Source: the human T2T-CHM13v2.0 reference genome, Homo sapiens. From it: a DNA stretch of 64,000 nucleotides. Both the position numbers and the translations under genes were made by a program. The notes under the pieces are model-generated. The model was not told where the DNA came from. It saw only the letters and a list, made by a program, of their open reading frames with translations, and searched no databases. Each line of letters opens with the position of its first letter. Positions within the stretch are counted from its first letter, which is position 1. The stretch is taken from assembly GCF_009914755.1 (NCBI RefSeq), contig NC_060936.1; one strand, given 5' to 3'. Positions 12,673 to 27,001 of this stretch are shown here, one piece after another.

Positions 12673-15159
12673 TATTCCATGGAAGAATGAAAATTGGAAT
12701 GTAGGTCAGAGAGATTAATATTATGTTCATGTCATATCAATATAATATGGTGTCAGCTAAAATGCAATTGCTTTGTAAGTAGTAAATGTGGTGCCAGAAT
12801 TTAGCAGAAGTAAAGTCTAGTGTAAAATCACTTTCATTGCCCTAAGCATCACTGGGTTTTCTATCGGAATTTCTGAATGAGTATTTCTTGCTCCTAAAAT
12901 TCTCTTGGTTTTAAAATTTTGCTTTTGGGCATAATGTGTTTATATTCATGACATTAAGTCTTTTGAAAAAGAAAAGATCAAGCAACAGGAAAATGTTCTC
13001 CTTTCCCCATCCTGCCCTGAAAAGTCAGTCTCTTTAATTCAAGGTACAGGGTTTGAAGAGGCAGGAGATCTGATTTTTTATATTTGCCCAGTTTGGTGAA
13101 ATTCTATGAAAGAGTGATAGGAGATCTTTAGCCTATATGAATTCTAGTCCCTCAACCTGCACGTCTAAAACCATTTACTCCCAAATTTTCCAAAATAATA
13201 ACAACATAAAAAAAGAAAGACTGTTCAAACACTGAATTATCTGTGAGACTCAGCCAAGTTTCACCAGCTGCACTGGCTTGGTTCCTACATCTGGGCTCCA
13301 AGGCGGGTAACAAAAAAATCTCCATGAACAGTATTTTAAGAATTTTGGCAGAACACAGGACAGGAGAATTAAAAAGAATTCTTTGCTGAAAACAGAATTG
13401 GTGAAAAACAATTCTGTTTGCTCACCACAGTTCACCAAGCAGTCTAATGGGCCAGCCCTTAGGATACAAAAAAGTATGTTCAGAGTTCTGTCCAAAGCAA
13501 CCATGTACCCCTAGTAAAGGCCAGTGGGATCAGTGAGTGAGTCCCAGGAATACAAAGTGGCAGTGAATTTAAAAACTACAAAGTATAAAATTGATTTCTC
13601 TTATTACTATTTGTTTTAACCGAATGGGTGTCATTTTCCAACAGCCAGTGTGAAGTAAGATGTACATGTCTCTGTAGGGAAGTTTTGTCTTGTTTCATTC
13701 TTAATTTTCTTGTCCATTCCTTTAAATCATTAAGTATAGATGATTAGTTTTCTTTTGTGGTTCTCTATAGACTCTGATTTATTCCTATATTGCTGCATTA
13801 ATTTGGTAGGAAAAGCCAAAGGAGGACCAATTTAGCAGAGCTACCATGTCTCATGTAGAAAAGACTCCCTTTAGAAAAAGCGTTATAGGACTCAAAATTA
13901 ATTGGTGAAATTTAAATACTGAAGAGCGGAGAGATTGTAAAACAGTATGAGAAAGACTTCAATATAGTGATTGAATTTTTTAATTAGAAAGGACAGATAG
14001 GCATTATTATTCCCAAATAATTATTATTAAAGCATGATTTTAATAGGGTTTCATATCACTCCATTTCAAGAACAAATTTAACAGACTTTGACCTTGCCAT
14101 CTAGAGGTTTATAATCTAAAATATATCAAATAACAGAAAATAGAAGCGAAGAAACACATTATGTCATTGCTGCATAGATTTAAGACATTTAGAAAACACA
14201 AAACAATAAAATTTAGATGTTGGGTGTAAGTCATCTGAGGAGATAATGATTTATGGTTAATTTTATGTAGCTGGAAAAGGCATGTGGGGGAATATGAGAG
14301 GGGAGAGGTCTTTCTGACTCAGAAGGACACATGTGTTAAAAGGCCTGTCAAAAGGTACAGTTACTTTCCAGTTGATAAGAGTGCTGGAGTCTTGTCTAGG
14401 ATGAGCATGGAAACTATCAGAGAAAGATGTGATTGGTTGTGGAGAGATGGCTTTACTGAAGCCTCTATCTAGTCAGCCCAGTGGTGCAATGAGTAGGGAA
14501 ACTTTAAAGTATCTTTTTTTTTTTTTTTTGCATAAGATGATTTATAAGTGTTATATAATTGGATTATGTAACTGTGGCAAAACAAGAAATCATAAATCTG
14601 GCATCCAGTCTTGATTCCAGGCAACATAGCTTAAGTAAAACTTGATCATGATAATAATGAAGTTGCTCAAGTATTAACCTTTTCCTCATTTACTGTTCCC
14701 CTGATTAAAGGGGAATGAAAAGCAGCAGCCTGCAGTTATGGGCTCCTGTTACCTGGTGCATTCCTTACTTTCTGAAGGGTGCTTATACTAGTAAACTTAA
14801 AGTGTACCATCAGAAAGAGGAAGAGAAGCAAGAAAAACTGTGACTTCTACACTACTGTGTTTCATTGATTGCCAAATACCTTTTCTGTTGTTTGTGGACT
14901 TTGGTAGCAAAATGAGATGAAAGAACTATTCTGAGATGCTATCCTTGATAGTCTTCAAACTTGGAATTGACCTTTGGGGTATGACCTATCTCAAAATATT
15001 AGTCTTGTGGTTAGGCCAGGAATCTGTTTTCTCAATAAAAAGTCATAGAGGCCATTCAAGTAGCTCTTCTAATCTCGTCTTTTCTATAAACATTTTTTTA
15101 GGACAGTCAGAAAGTAACTTTTGCTGTTTGAACCTATTTCTTTGCTGGCAGAATAAACG

Positions 15160-15480
15160 CACTGTTACCTATTCATTATTCATTAACATGTAACAAACCA
15201 ACTTAAACTTACTGGCATTAAACAATATTTACAGTCATTGATAGTTCTAGGATTTGACTAGGTTCAGCCAGGTTGTTCTCCCTCACAATTCCCCACATGA
15301 TTGTCATAAGATAGTAGCTGAGGCTTCCTCTCTCGCATGTCTGGAACATCGTCTGGGTACAATTGTGGTTCCTTGGTTATCTCTCTCTCTTTAGGTGCTC
15401 TCCATGTGGTCCCTCCATCATGGCAGCTATAGGATAGACATTTCACATCAGTGTTCAAAGTGTGAGTCCTGAGAAAGCAC

Positions 15481-15534
<54 letters not shown>

Positions 15535-15700
15535 AGCCAGGCAGAAGCCATATTATCTTTTATGATCTAGTCTTGGAAGTCAAGCAGAGATACTGCCTCT
15601 GCAATTTACTAATATCAACCCACATTCAAAGGGAAGGGAATTGGACTCCACCTCTTGAGAGAAGAGTGTTAAAGAATTTGTGACCATTTGTTAAAACCTC
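15160..15700 (-). mobile_element. Old MLT1 (MaLR) LTR containing (GA)24
   Basis: gtaacaaaccaac...ttctaggatttgactaggttcagcc...ttttatgatctagtcttggaagtca...cacattcaaagggaagggaattggactccacctcttga. Confidence 0.7.
15484..15531. repeat. (GA)24 microsatellite
   Basis: Perfect dinucleotide run. Confidence 0.98.
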
Positions 15701-15961
15701 TCCTGACTTCATCAATCTGCTCTCCTGCTTATTCTTCATGGAAGAATGCTAATTCTTTCTGTAATTCAGAACTAAACCACCATATTTCTTCACCTTTATT
15801 ATAGACACTTTATTAAACATCTAATAGAGGGGGTAAACATTCTAGGAATGTATAAGACAGATGCACATGGTGCCATGTCTGCCTTTTAGAGGTGTGCCAT
15901 CTGTGAAGGAAAACACAAGGCACTTGGGGGTAGGGTGTGAAATAAGTATTGATCAGGACCA

Positions 15962-16055
15962 ATATTCAATGTTCAACAAGTATTTATTGAGGATCTGTTA
16001 TGTGTCAGACACAGTGCTAAGCTCTAGGAATACAGTGATGAGTAAGATTGATGTT
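15962..16055 (-). mobile_element. L2 3' end
   Basis: ttcaacaagtatttattgagg...tgtgtcagacacagtgctaagctctagg. Confidence 0.7.
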
Positions 16056-16139
16056 CTATATTCTGTGTATCCATGATCTAATCTGTAGGATGACCATAAG
16101 GAAGCAGTTTAATTAAGAGGTGTACATCACCCTCACTGA

Positions 16140-16905
16140 AAACACTTCCACAAACTCTCCAGCAAATACCTCTTGTCCAATCCAATGATATCCAGTGGTC
16201 ATGTCTGTGCCCTATTCTTCGTCTACCACACAGCCATCAGTATTTGTCACAGTTAACCTTCTTGATGTATTTTGTTCAACTGATTTTTGGGACAACACTT
16301 GCCTGATTATCTTTTTACTTTATAACCACCACTTTCTTGTTCTCTACCGCTGCCTTTTTTTTCTCTTAACGTTGTGTCCTAGGGCTCAATTCTAGATCCT
16401 CCTCACTTTCCTTTGTAAACTCTCACCTTGTATGATCTTATCTCATTTCATGGCTTTTAACACTATCTATAGGCAAAGGATTCCCAAATTTATCTTTCTA
16501 ACCCTGAATATCCCATAAGCACGTTAGTCGTTTATCCAACTGCCTACTAGACATACAAGCCTATTTACCTAACAGGTCAAGTTTAGCAGGTACAAAACAG
16601 AACTTTTGTTTTCCCAAACACTCAAGCCCACTCCCTTCTGGTGATATTCTACATTTGAAGTAATGATACTGCTAGCTATCCCTCATGCAAAATGTGTAGA
16701 GATCATTCTTGATAACTCTCTTCCCTCTTAATCAGCATGTAAAATCCATTAGCAAATTCTACTAGTATTTTAATCAAAATAAGTCATCATCACTACACTG
16801 TTTTATTATTATTCCCATAGCTACAACAACCATCTACTTAATATGCACAGTTCCTGGAACATAGTAGATGCTTAGTAAGACTGGTTGAGTAAATGAGTAC
16901 ATGCA
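16140..16905 (+). mobile_element. L2 (decayed ORF2 region to 3' end)
   Basis: tgtcctagggctcaattctagatcctc...tctcatttcatggctttta...atccaactgcctactagacat...cctggaacatagtagatgctta. Confidence 0.75.
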
Positions 16906-18164
16906 TGAAATAGTGGTGTAACATAAGGATAGTGATCATTCCTACCATATAAGGACACAGTATTGTGTAGTAGGGAACACCATAGGACAACAGTTCTAGC
17001 TAAAGCAGGATTAAGAAAGACATATAGTCTCCTTTGGTCAATACCTGAGACTTTGTGAGGTATATTGTATTTGGGGAGCTGTCTGAATCCCAAAAGGAAA
17101 CTCTCTCAGTACAAACCTTCAATTTGAAATAGTAGTAAAGAGACATTCTATGAAATAGGTCTTTTCAAAAACTTATAGGAAGATGAGGGAAGTTGATGTT
17201 AACAGCTGAAGTTGGTTGTCTTCCCCCTCTTTGACAAATTCAAAATGACAGGAAGATGTAAATTCTTGCCCTACCCCTCCGTATTGTGAATTTCATTTCT
17301 TCTGTGAGGGTAAAACTTATTTGCCTTTCTTCTCGGGTTTTTTTGGGAATATCCTTTTTACTCACTTGTCAGAGAAAGTGCATTTTTTTAAAATCCAAAA
17401 AATAAGTATAGCTTTTTTGGTTTAAAATATTTCTTTTTAGAAAACTTCCCTGGAAGCATAGTATACTGATATCAAAAAAGCAAATATCTTGTTGTATCTT
17501 GTCAATTTCATAGGAAATAATAAAACTCCCCCATTTCTCAGAAGCATGTGACTTTGTGTCCAATATGCAAAATTTTATTTTGGAAGGAAATTGTGTATCC
17601 AGGTTATTTTTATTTTCTATGTTGTGCTATAATTAATTTTCAAGTTGCACTGTTAAGAACTTGTTTTTTTTCTCTGTTTATGTTACTTTTATTTATTTAT
17701 TTGGTATGATGTGTTTAAGCTGCACTTATCTTCGTTCTGATGAACTGGTTAGAGCTTTTAAGAGCTCTTTACAAAGGTGTATTAAAACTAGCTCGAGAGC
17801 AAGGATTGCCTTAGTTAAAAAAGGTTTTTTAAAAATGTGTCTCCCCCGAGGAACCTACTCAAATTACTTTAAGAAATAAAAACGTTCGGGGCATGCCTGG
17901 CAACTATCTGATGGGAAACAGTTCATCTATGGGAGTGCCTGTTGGGAAGATTAGTCCTAGGGCAGATTGCTCAACCTTTCCTGTGCTGAATAGCTCCTTT
18001 GCTTTTTACCTGAAGGATCCAAATTAAAATTGGGGAGGGTTGATTGAGGTGAATACTGGTGGTTTAGAGGCGGCACACACACAAACACACAATGGCATGT
18101 TTGAAGCCTCCCGAGAAACAGCATTTTATCCCTGTTCCCCCTACTGTAGATGACATAACAAAAG

Positions 18165-18375
18165 CAATAATAACAGCATTAACAAAAACGACGATTTATT
18201 GAGTGTTTCCTCTCTGCCAGGTACTGAAAACCACTTTCTAAAGTAGTGACTGCTGTATACACTTTCCGCAACTAAAAACTTGAAGTTCAGACTGGGCATG
18301 CAATTTAACTAGAAGTAAACCACTAGTAAACAGAAGAGCTGGAGTTTTAATTCTGGTCTATTTGATTCCTAATCC
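18165..18375 (-). mobile_element. MIR
   Basis: atttattgagtg...tgccaggtactg...cactagtaaacagaagagctggag. Confidence 0.65.
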
Positions 18376-19619
18376 CATAGACATAAATAAGGCCTCTCTT
18401 CCTTCCTCTCTCTCTTCCCCTCTTCATCCCTCTTTGTGTTGGCTCCATAGCCAACACCCTGCCCCAATGTTATTTTTTTTTTTCTTTTCGGAAGTCTGTA
18501 GGGGCATAGGGCAGGGTCATATTGCTGCTAATGGGTTTAAGTAAGCCATCTAAATACAGAATGTGCTAAGGACAGGCCTGGCTACCCAGTTATAGCCTCC
18601 TTTTAGCTTTGGCTAGAAAGAAATCCCCAGAGCAAGTGTTGAACGTGGTCACCCACGCTACTTCCTTTCTTGGCTGAAGGTCAGAGAGAGTGAATTCTGG
18701 ACCCAGCACAAAGTCTTATTCAGGAAATCATAACTGCCACAACCCAAGCACTCAGAATCTCAGCTTTGAAACTGAGTTTGTGGTCATTGCCCAATTTTAT
18801 TGGCTTTGATAGTGTGTGGTTCTGGCTTCCAAATAAACATACTCATTTTTTTTTTTGCTGTAATTTTTGACATGCTGCCTTTTGAAACAATAATAGTAAC
18901 TCTATAAATAAGTAGCTTTTAAATGGAAATATTTCCCAATTTAATCCCCTCTACTAAATATTTAATGAATATGTAATAAATAAACATATCATTCATGGAA
19001 TAAAATTCTACCATTATCTCTACATGATAATTTTTTTAAAGAGTGAGATTCTCTTCTGGAAAAATCTTTAACAGTAGTTTATTTAGAAACAATATGATTC
19101 TGTTAATTTTACTTTCCTTCCTGCAGTCTATTTTGTGGTTGCTTTTATTTCTGCAGTTTTAAAAAGAGATATAAAATTAATTTCTTAAAGAAATTTTGAC
19201 TCTTGATTCTTCTTAAGCATCCAAAGTATAATCTATGCTATATTGAATGGTTGCAAAAATGAACATGACATAATGTAAATATATTTAATTAGAAAAATAA
19301 CAAATTTTAAAAAGTAAAATTTAAAAATTGAAAGACCTAATGCTCAAGTTATTTGAAAACGATACATCTTGAGAATTACAACATTCAACTGTTCGCCTAT
19401 TAACTTCAAGCACCATTAAATGCCTCTGTGCTTGTACATAATTGTGCTGTGAAGGACAAGAGGAATTAACACCCAAAACCAGCTCTACTTCTCTGTGAAA
19501 CTTGGATGAAACACATGTTGTTTCTTCTCAGTTGGTCTCTTATTCCTAAAAATCATAATTTCCTTGCTTATTTACATGCATGTATTCCTTCTCCATTCCC
19601 TAATCCCTAAGAGTATGTC

Positions 19620-20175
19620 AAATCTCCGTTATTATTTTAGTCCTTAATACCATTACATTTTACAAATTATATGTTTACCTATAATTATGTACTTTTAGAG
19701 TCTGATTAATAATGATCTTCTCCACTGTGAGATCCACGTGGCAAGTAGTTTTATGCATTTTATTCATAATATATATCTATATCACTAAAGGCAAGATTGA
19801 CATAGCATCTGCTCAACAAACTTGTTGAATAAATAAATAAGTCAGTGAAGGAGGGGAAGTTACTATAATCTGTTTAAGTTTTATTATATCCCACTAGACC
19901 ATGAATATGGTGTATTTCAAAAATTGTTTCACCAAATATAGAACACTCACCATATTTCAGCCACTGTTTAAGGCAATAGAATTAAGCAATGAATACAATC
20001 CTATATAGTACCTATCCTCAAGAAGCTAGGAATGAGTGTGAGGTAGGGACACATATATTCAGAGAAACTAGAAATAAATACTATATAGACAGTGGTTGAA
20101 GCTATGAAGGGGAAATATAAGGTACCCTGTGAAAGAATATTGGGGGCCTACTTTAGATTGCAGAGTCAGGGTGCC
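19620..20175. mobile_element. Two opposed L2 3' fragments (+ ~19620-19845, - ~19945-20175)
   Basis: gctcaacaaacttgttgaataaataaat, then ccactgtttaagg...agcaatgaataca...cctatcctcaagaagct. Confidence 0.5.
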
Positions 20176-21589
20176 TTTTCTTTGGCACATTTCACATAAT
20201 TTGGTATTTTTGTCATATTTTTATGCATAGTTTTTATATCTTATTTATCTAACTAGATATAAACACAAGGCATTACACTGTATATCTCCTTGCTTTTTCA
20301 AAACTTTAAATTTAATGGTAAACATATAATCACTCATTATGAATTTAGGAATTGGCTGAGGACATATTCTCTTCAAATTACTAAAAATTTAAGGCATAAG
20401 CAGAGGCTAGAGAAATTTCTGCTCCCAGATATTGCCAGTAACAGAGGTTAGTCAATAATCCAGCTCAGGGAAGGTCATTTTAAAACTTGACTCTCTTGGG
20501 ACCTAAGGATAGCTTCACTAGATTTATTTCAAGCCAGCACATTATAGTTTGTCTAAATGAACTGTGTTATTTCCTGTTATTGATACCCATAACTCTTAAA
20601 AGCAGTAACTTCTCTTGTAATTTAATTTAGATTGACTCTTGGAAATAGAAACTTTCAAAGAGCATTCTTTAAGAAAGCTGTATTTCCGTTAAGTGCTAAC
20701 ATAAAGAACTAAAAGTAATAATTTATTCTATTTTCTTTCCTGTATCGTCTTTCCATCTGAAATTCACTACTACACCAGTACTGACCGGGACCAATACTAG
20801 ACTGAAAAATATGAGAACAGAATAAGAGGGGTTGATTGGAAGGTGAGATACTGAGTAGGGAGATCAGAGGCAGGTTTTTCTGTGCAGAAATGGAATTAGA
20901 GCTTTTTTGCACCACTCTTTTGAAGAAAAAAATATTTTTACCACTCCTTCAGTCATTTCCAAGATTTAGTTGCCACAGTCCTATCATCTTTTAGTAAACA
21001 GCAGCAAAATGTTTCATAGCTCTTTACTTCTCCTTTTTAGTCTGAATGCCTGGAAGCCAAGAAATTTGCATCTCGTTAGCTCGTCAACAAAGACTGAAGG
21101 CCACGCAGAGTTTGCACATTCTTCTTGAAATTAAATTTATTATACATTTTTCCTTGTAGAAAGGATTCAGTTGGATAGCAATTTTTAATATTAATTGCTT
21201 ACAAATATAATAATGTAGGGGCTAGAAAATCCTTTATTCGTTGGTAACACGTAAATTGTTATCAATATATTATCTATTTACTTTCTCCGCTAGGAGGATT
21301 AGAGTGAAAATATTTATCTGGGTAATTTGAATGATGTAAGAAGGGGAAAAGTTTCCATCCTCAAGGTTGGGAATAGATGTCAACAATTCCAGATAGGCTT
21401 CCAAATCCAGATGACCTAGTTAATTTTATTTCAGGGCAATGAACAGATGGTGTGTGTTCTCAGTCTATCTGGCATTAACGTGCACTCTGTCACCATAAGA
21501 CTTAACGGTGGCAGATGGCAGTTGCGTTAGCAAACATTCAGTTCTCTCTCTTTGATTCTTCCCTTAGGATTGAGGAAGGCCTGGCCGTG

Positions 21590-21725
21590 GCTCACAGCTG
21601 AGTCACACCTCTCCAGTAAAGCCTGAGGAGAGCATGTCAAACCACCGGAAGACCTCAGTCATGTGGGTTTTCCGGTTCACCCGTGGCAACAGGTACAGCT
21701 GGGGCCTGTTCAAAGGCTTGTGGTG
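21590..21725. promoter_or_regulatory. Candidate enhancer: AP-1/ETS/RUNX/E-box motif cluster
   Basis: CAGCTG 21595, TGAGTCA 21599, AACCAC 21640, ACCGGAAG 21644, TTCCGGT 21670, GGCAAC 21685, CAGCTG 21696 and TGTGGT 21719, in non-repeat DNA with retained CpGs. Confidence 0.5.
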
Positions 21726-22993
21726 GCTATTCTGGTCTCATTGCTAAATCCATCTGGGGTCCAGTGCCACCCCAAGGCCAAGTTAAGCATTTCTATGAGA
21801 TGGGTGGAGTTTTCTCACCCTCTCGTGGAAAAGTGCCTGGATATATCAGAGCAGCCTTTCATGGCCTCTGTGGACTTTTCTGGATAGAAAAGCAGCCAGC
21901 CATATTTAGCAGAGTTTTTTTCCAGCAACATGAATCATTTAATTGTCTTGGTTGATCAATAGAGCATCAAGGCAACAATGTGAGAAAAAAAATGTTTTTC
22001 TTTTTAAAGAAGATTCTAGACTTTTCAGGAATCCAGACAAGAATATGTTACAGATGTACTCATGCACTTGCATCTCCATAAAGCGGTCCTTGGCATCCTA
22101 ATTGCTGTGCACTTCAGATGAGACTAGTGCTTAATTAATGAACTAACTCTAAAATCAACATATAAGAGTCAGCTGGGACTGTGAAGATGCTGTCCTGGGA
22201 GATGTTGCAAGTTTCAGAGAATCTAAAAGATAATTTTCATCTTTTAGGAATTACAGAATAAGGGAAATAATGCAAGTGAAAAAATATGGATGGGGGATTT
22301 ATTAAATCATTTGTCCCTGCTTTATGGGCATGTACTTTTCAATATGCAGGATTTTAAACTCTATACATTTTAAAATTCTCTTTCAATTTTGATGGTTCTT
22401 ATTCTTGAACTAATCATAGATGTGCAAGGCCCAATAAAGAAAAATGTGATTGATAATTTAAATTGCACATGTTCCATAATGCAGATTTGCTAATCGCCAG
22501 AGCTGTGAAACATGCCAGAAAATATATTTTATAATTTATTTCTGGGTTAGCAATTGGAGATAACAAGCAATGTTGGGGGCTTATTACTTATTGCCATCTG
22601 AAATATATGCAAGTATAAAATTCCTTTGATCCTGGTCATGGATATTTCACCAGCTGGTATAAAATACTTAATAGTAAGCTGCAATCTCTTTCTGGATTCA
22701 AGCCCTGCTTTGCTGAAGAGAGATATAAAACCACTATAGCAGTTCAAATACCACTGGCCTATTGGTTACACTGCACAGGGAACATTATACCCTGCATATT
22801 CCCTTTCAGGAACTAACTTACAGCTTCTCTAACTAAATGTGTTGGCAATATATAGAGATAATTTAGAACATTGCAATGTCAATCTTTGAGTTAAAAATAT
22901 TGGGGTACATTGGATGCATACTTTAAGGCAGGCACTTGTATGAGGTTTTAGATTCATAAATACACTGATTAGAATACAATACATTTTTAACAG

Positions 22994-23138
22994 TTTATTT
23001 ATTTTATTTTTTAAATTTTTGTAGAGACAGGGTCTTACTTTGTTGTCCAGGCTGGTCTTGAATTCTTGTCCTCAAGTGATCCTCCTGCCTCAGCCTCCCA
23101 AAGTACTAGGATTACAGGCATGAGTCACCATACCTGGC
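22994..23138 (-). mobile_element. FLAM/Alu monomer
   Basis: Single Alu arm gtagagacagggtc...gagtcaccatacctggcc with aatacattt on both sides. Confidence 0.85.
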
Positions 23139-24329
23139 CAAGGGCAGAATACATTTAAAGGAATGATAGAATACAGTCATCTGATCTGATGGATTTATTT
23201 CTAGTATTCTTAAATATCTTTCAAAATTTGACTAGTAAATTAACAAGTAGACCTGGATTGCTTTTATACACATTTGACTTGATATTGTCCTATTTCTGTA
23301 AGCAAGATTTTGATATAGGATCTCCCCTAAAAACCTGAATTTAAAGGAAAATGCCACTTTGATGATTTCCTAAACATGAGTACAGAACACACTGTAGTTC
23401 TAGTGATTTCTAAAGAAGACTATAAATTACATGAATTCTGATACCTTTAGAAATGCAAGCTCTTGTTTTGCTTTATTTTAATTTGCTTTTTAATTATTCA
23501 TACAATTGCCTCAATACTCTCCTTTGATTTGCTGTAGAGGCCTCAGTTTATAGTAATCTCACAAGAATAGTGCCAAATGTATTTTTTCCTGTTGGCTTTG
23601 GAGGTGTTTTCGGGGTTTATAAATATTTTAAAATATATAACCATTGAATTTTAGAGCAGATATAGACTCTGAATTCATTCCAATGTGGGAAGTCTCAGAG
23701 AGTTTGGAAGTTAAACAAGGTCACAAAGATAGAATAAAGCTGTCATGAGAACCAACACCTTTAGTTGTCAACGAATGAAGCTATTTTTTCATGGTAATAC
23801 AACTAAACATTAAGATGAAGTGTCTATAGGATTCCAGTGAATAAAAACCAACAGGAGGAGGCTAAGACTTAGTTACTTAGCTCAAGTGGTTGCTTGTAAG
23901 AAAAAAAAAAATCACAAAATTTTTTATAGCAGGATAGCAGGATAAAATCCAGTGGCAAGAAATGTCTACTGCTGGAGTCATAAAGTCTTTCATCAAAAAA
24001 CTCTATTATAAAATAAATGCTCATACTTTAAGCCATTATTTACCTTATGTAATATATCAAATTTATCTTATATAATATATCAAATATATCTTCTATCATT
24101 TAGTAATTATTTTCCACACGAAAGGCAAAGATTCTTGTGTGGATCCCAGAAGGCATCATAGAGGTATCTCTGTCTCAGGCAGGAGTCCTACTTCTTGAAA
24201 GACAGGCTACCAAAAGGTAAACTTTACAAACTTCACAGCTTTCCCCAACTCCTAATAGAAGTGAGTAGATGAGTAAAATAAGGTTCTTATGAAGTACATA
24301 AAATAATATCTCAAGTACTCTGCTGAATG

Positions 24330-24525
24330 CTTCTTAAATATTATTTGATTCTTGTGTAACAACACCCTGAAGTAGGAACTGTTACCACTCCTATATTATA
24401 AATGGGATAACAGAGGTTTAGAGAGTTAGGGCCTTTTCCTAAGATCACATGACTGATTTACAAAGCTGAAGTTCGAATCCATGTCCATCTGAATCCAAAG
24501 ATTCTGTTTTTATAACCATCAGCTC
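24330..24525 (-). mobile_element. MIR
   Basis: aacaacaccctgaagtagg...aacagaggtttagagagtta...aagatcacat...ttcgaatcc. Confidence 0.75.
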
Positions 24526-24619
24526 TATAATGGCTAGGTTTTGCAGGCAAAAAACACAGGATACTGAAAGGCATGTCATGTAAAGACCTGTTGAGCTTCA
24601 GAAGGTCAAGATATTTGGG

Positions 24620-24803
24620 TTGAGTCCTGCTGAAATGGACTCTCAAGAGCTGATTGTTAAATATTCAGGAATTTTGCAAGTTAGCTGTTAAATTGTTGAT
24701 AGCTTGAAATGAGCTATCGTGGAAGTATTTACACCACCGAAATTGGCTACAGCTACAAAACAGGGTTTTGTTTCCACAGAGTTGGTTTTCCAGCACAACA
24801 CTA
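24620..24803. mobile_element. hAT MITE (MER63-like)
   Basis: gagctgattgttaaatattcaggaattttgcaag...ttccagcacaacact. Confidence 0.55.
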
Positions 24804-24949
24804 GGTACTGGAATACTGGAGTTACAAGACAAAATGTATGAAGGAAAAAAAACAATAGAGGAATCTAGAAATGTACATTAAGGTCAGTTTATAAAGGGCC
24901 CAGGTAAATGTGGTTACAAAGTTTTTGGAATGCAAATCCAATTATGGCA

Positions 24950-25740
24950 CCCTTCAATCTATAACCCTCCAGTGGCTCCCAAATGAAATAAAGTCTAAGC
25001 TTCATTTCCTTACATGAGAAGCCCAGAGAGAATGTGGCCTATGCTTTCCTCTTCAATGTCATTTTGTAATTCTAACCCTCTCACCCTCCCATCAAGCTAC
25101 AGCCATGCTGGTCACCAGGTCCCTAACAAGCCAAGCTCTTTCCAACTTTAGTCCTTTACATTAGTTTTTCCCTTTGCCTACTATGTTATTCTAGTTTTTG
25201 CATAGTTGTGTCCTTTAGATCTCAGCTTAAATATCACCTCCAGAGAAAGGCTTTTCTTGATCTACAAATCTAAAGTAGCTGTCTGGTAAGTCCCTCTCTT
25301 TTATATCAGTCCATTTTAACACTCTGCTTGATACTTAATGATGTGGCACGGGGGTTAAATGCCTTGCTTCTGAAGCCAGACTGCTGGGACCCATTATTAC
25401 TCCACCACGGAGTAGTTGTATGACTTTATCAAAGTTGCTTGTCTCCACTATTCAATTTCCTATTTGTAAATAGGATGTAATTAATTATCTTTCATGAGGT
25501 TTCTGCGGGAATTCATATGTGTAAAAGAACACAAACCACATAAGAGAGAGAATGGTGACTGGCTCATTACAGCATTAGAAATATATTAGATATTATTGTC
25601 CCTGATATCTGATATTTATTGATTTATTATCCAGTTTTCTCAACTAGAATATATGTTCAATAGAAGCAGGCACCTCATCTTTTCTGATTGCTTTAGATTC
25701 TTCCTGCTGCTGATTCCTAGGGCAGTGCCTGGCACATGGC
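24950..25740 (+). mobile_element. L2 3' region with inserted MIR (~25340-25600)
   Basis: ccctccagtggctccc...agatctcagcttaaatatcacctcc...ctagaatatatgttc...cagtgcctggcacatgg. MIR segment ggttaaatg...aagccagactg. Confidence 0.7.
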
Positions 25741-26204
25741 AGCAATGATGTCAGGGAGAGGAGGTATGAGAATGACCTGCTCATCCTTGGTTTCTTTTTG
25801 CCTTCCTGACCTCTCTCAGCTTTCTGTGTTGCTGCTCTGTGAGTCTAGAGCAATGGAAACAAGCATAGCTGCGTGCAGCAGTCCTTGCAGGGACGCAATG
25901 ACAATGACAGCCTCTGCCCTCCTTGTTTAGGAAGCACAAAACTTGTCCTCAGCCCATGATGGCTATTCAGGAATGTGGGTACAATGCTTTCAGATCTGTC
26001 TTTTATAAAGAAAAGCCATAAATGTAAACATTTTCTGTATAAAATCACCCAAGTTGCAAATGCTTACAACCAGTTCAAAATTTTAAAAAAGACCTATGAC
26101 CTATGACCAAACAAATCATGTTTACAGGCTGGACTTGGCCTGGGGTTCACCTGTCTACAATCTGTGCTCTTTACAACCTGTGATCTTGAACTTGAGCTCT
26201 TGGT

Positions 26205-27001
<797 letters not shown>

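Noticed and set aside
16945-16954. Perfect CArG boxes (also 24938-24947 and 27037-27046)
   Set aside because: Several CC(A/T)6GG matches are expected by chance in 64 kb of AT-rich DNA, and they are not clustered.
24040-24092. Short local duplications (also ~1899, ~11790, ~47831, ~51663, ~56608/56661)
   Set aside because: Ordinary slippage-scale duplications at background frequency.
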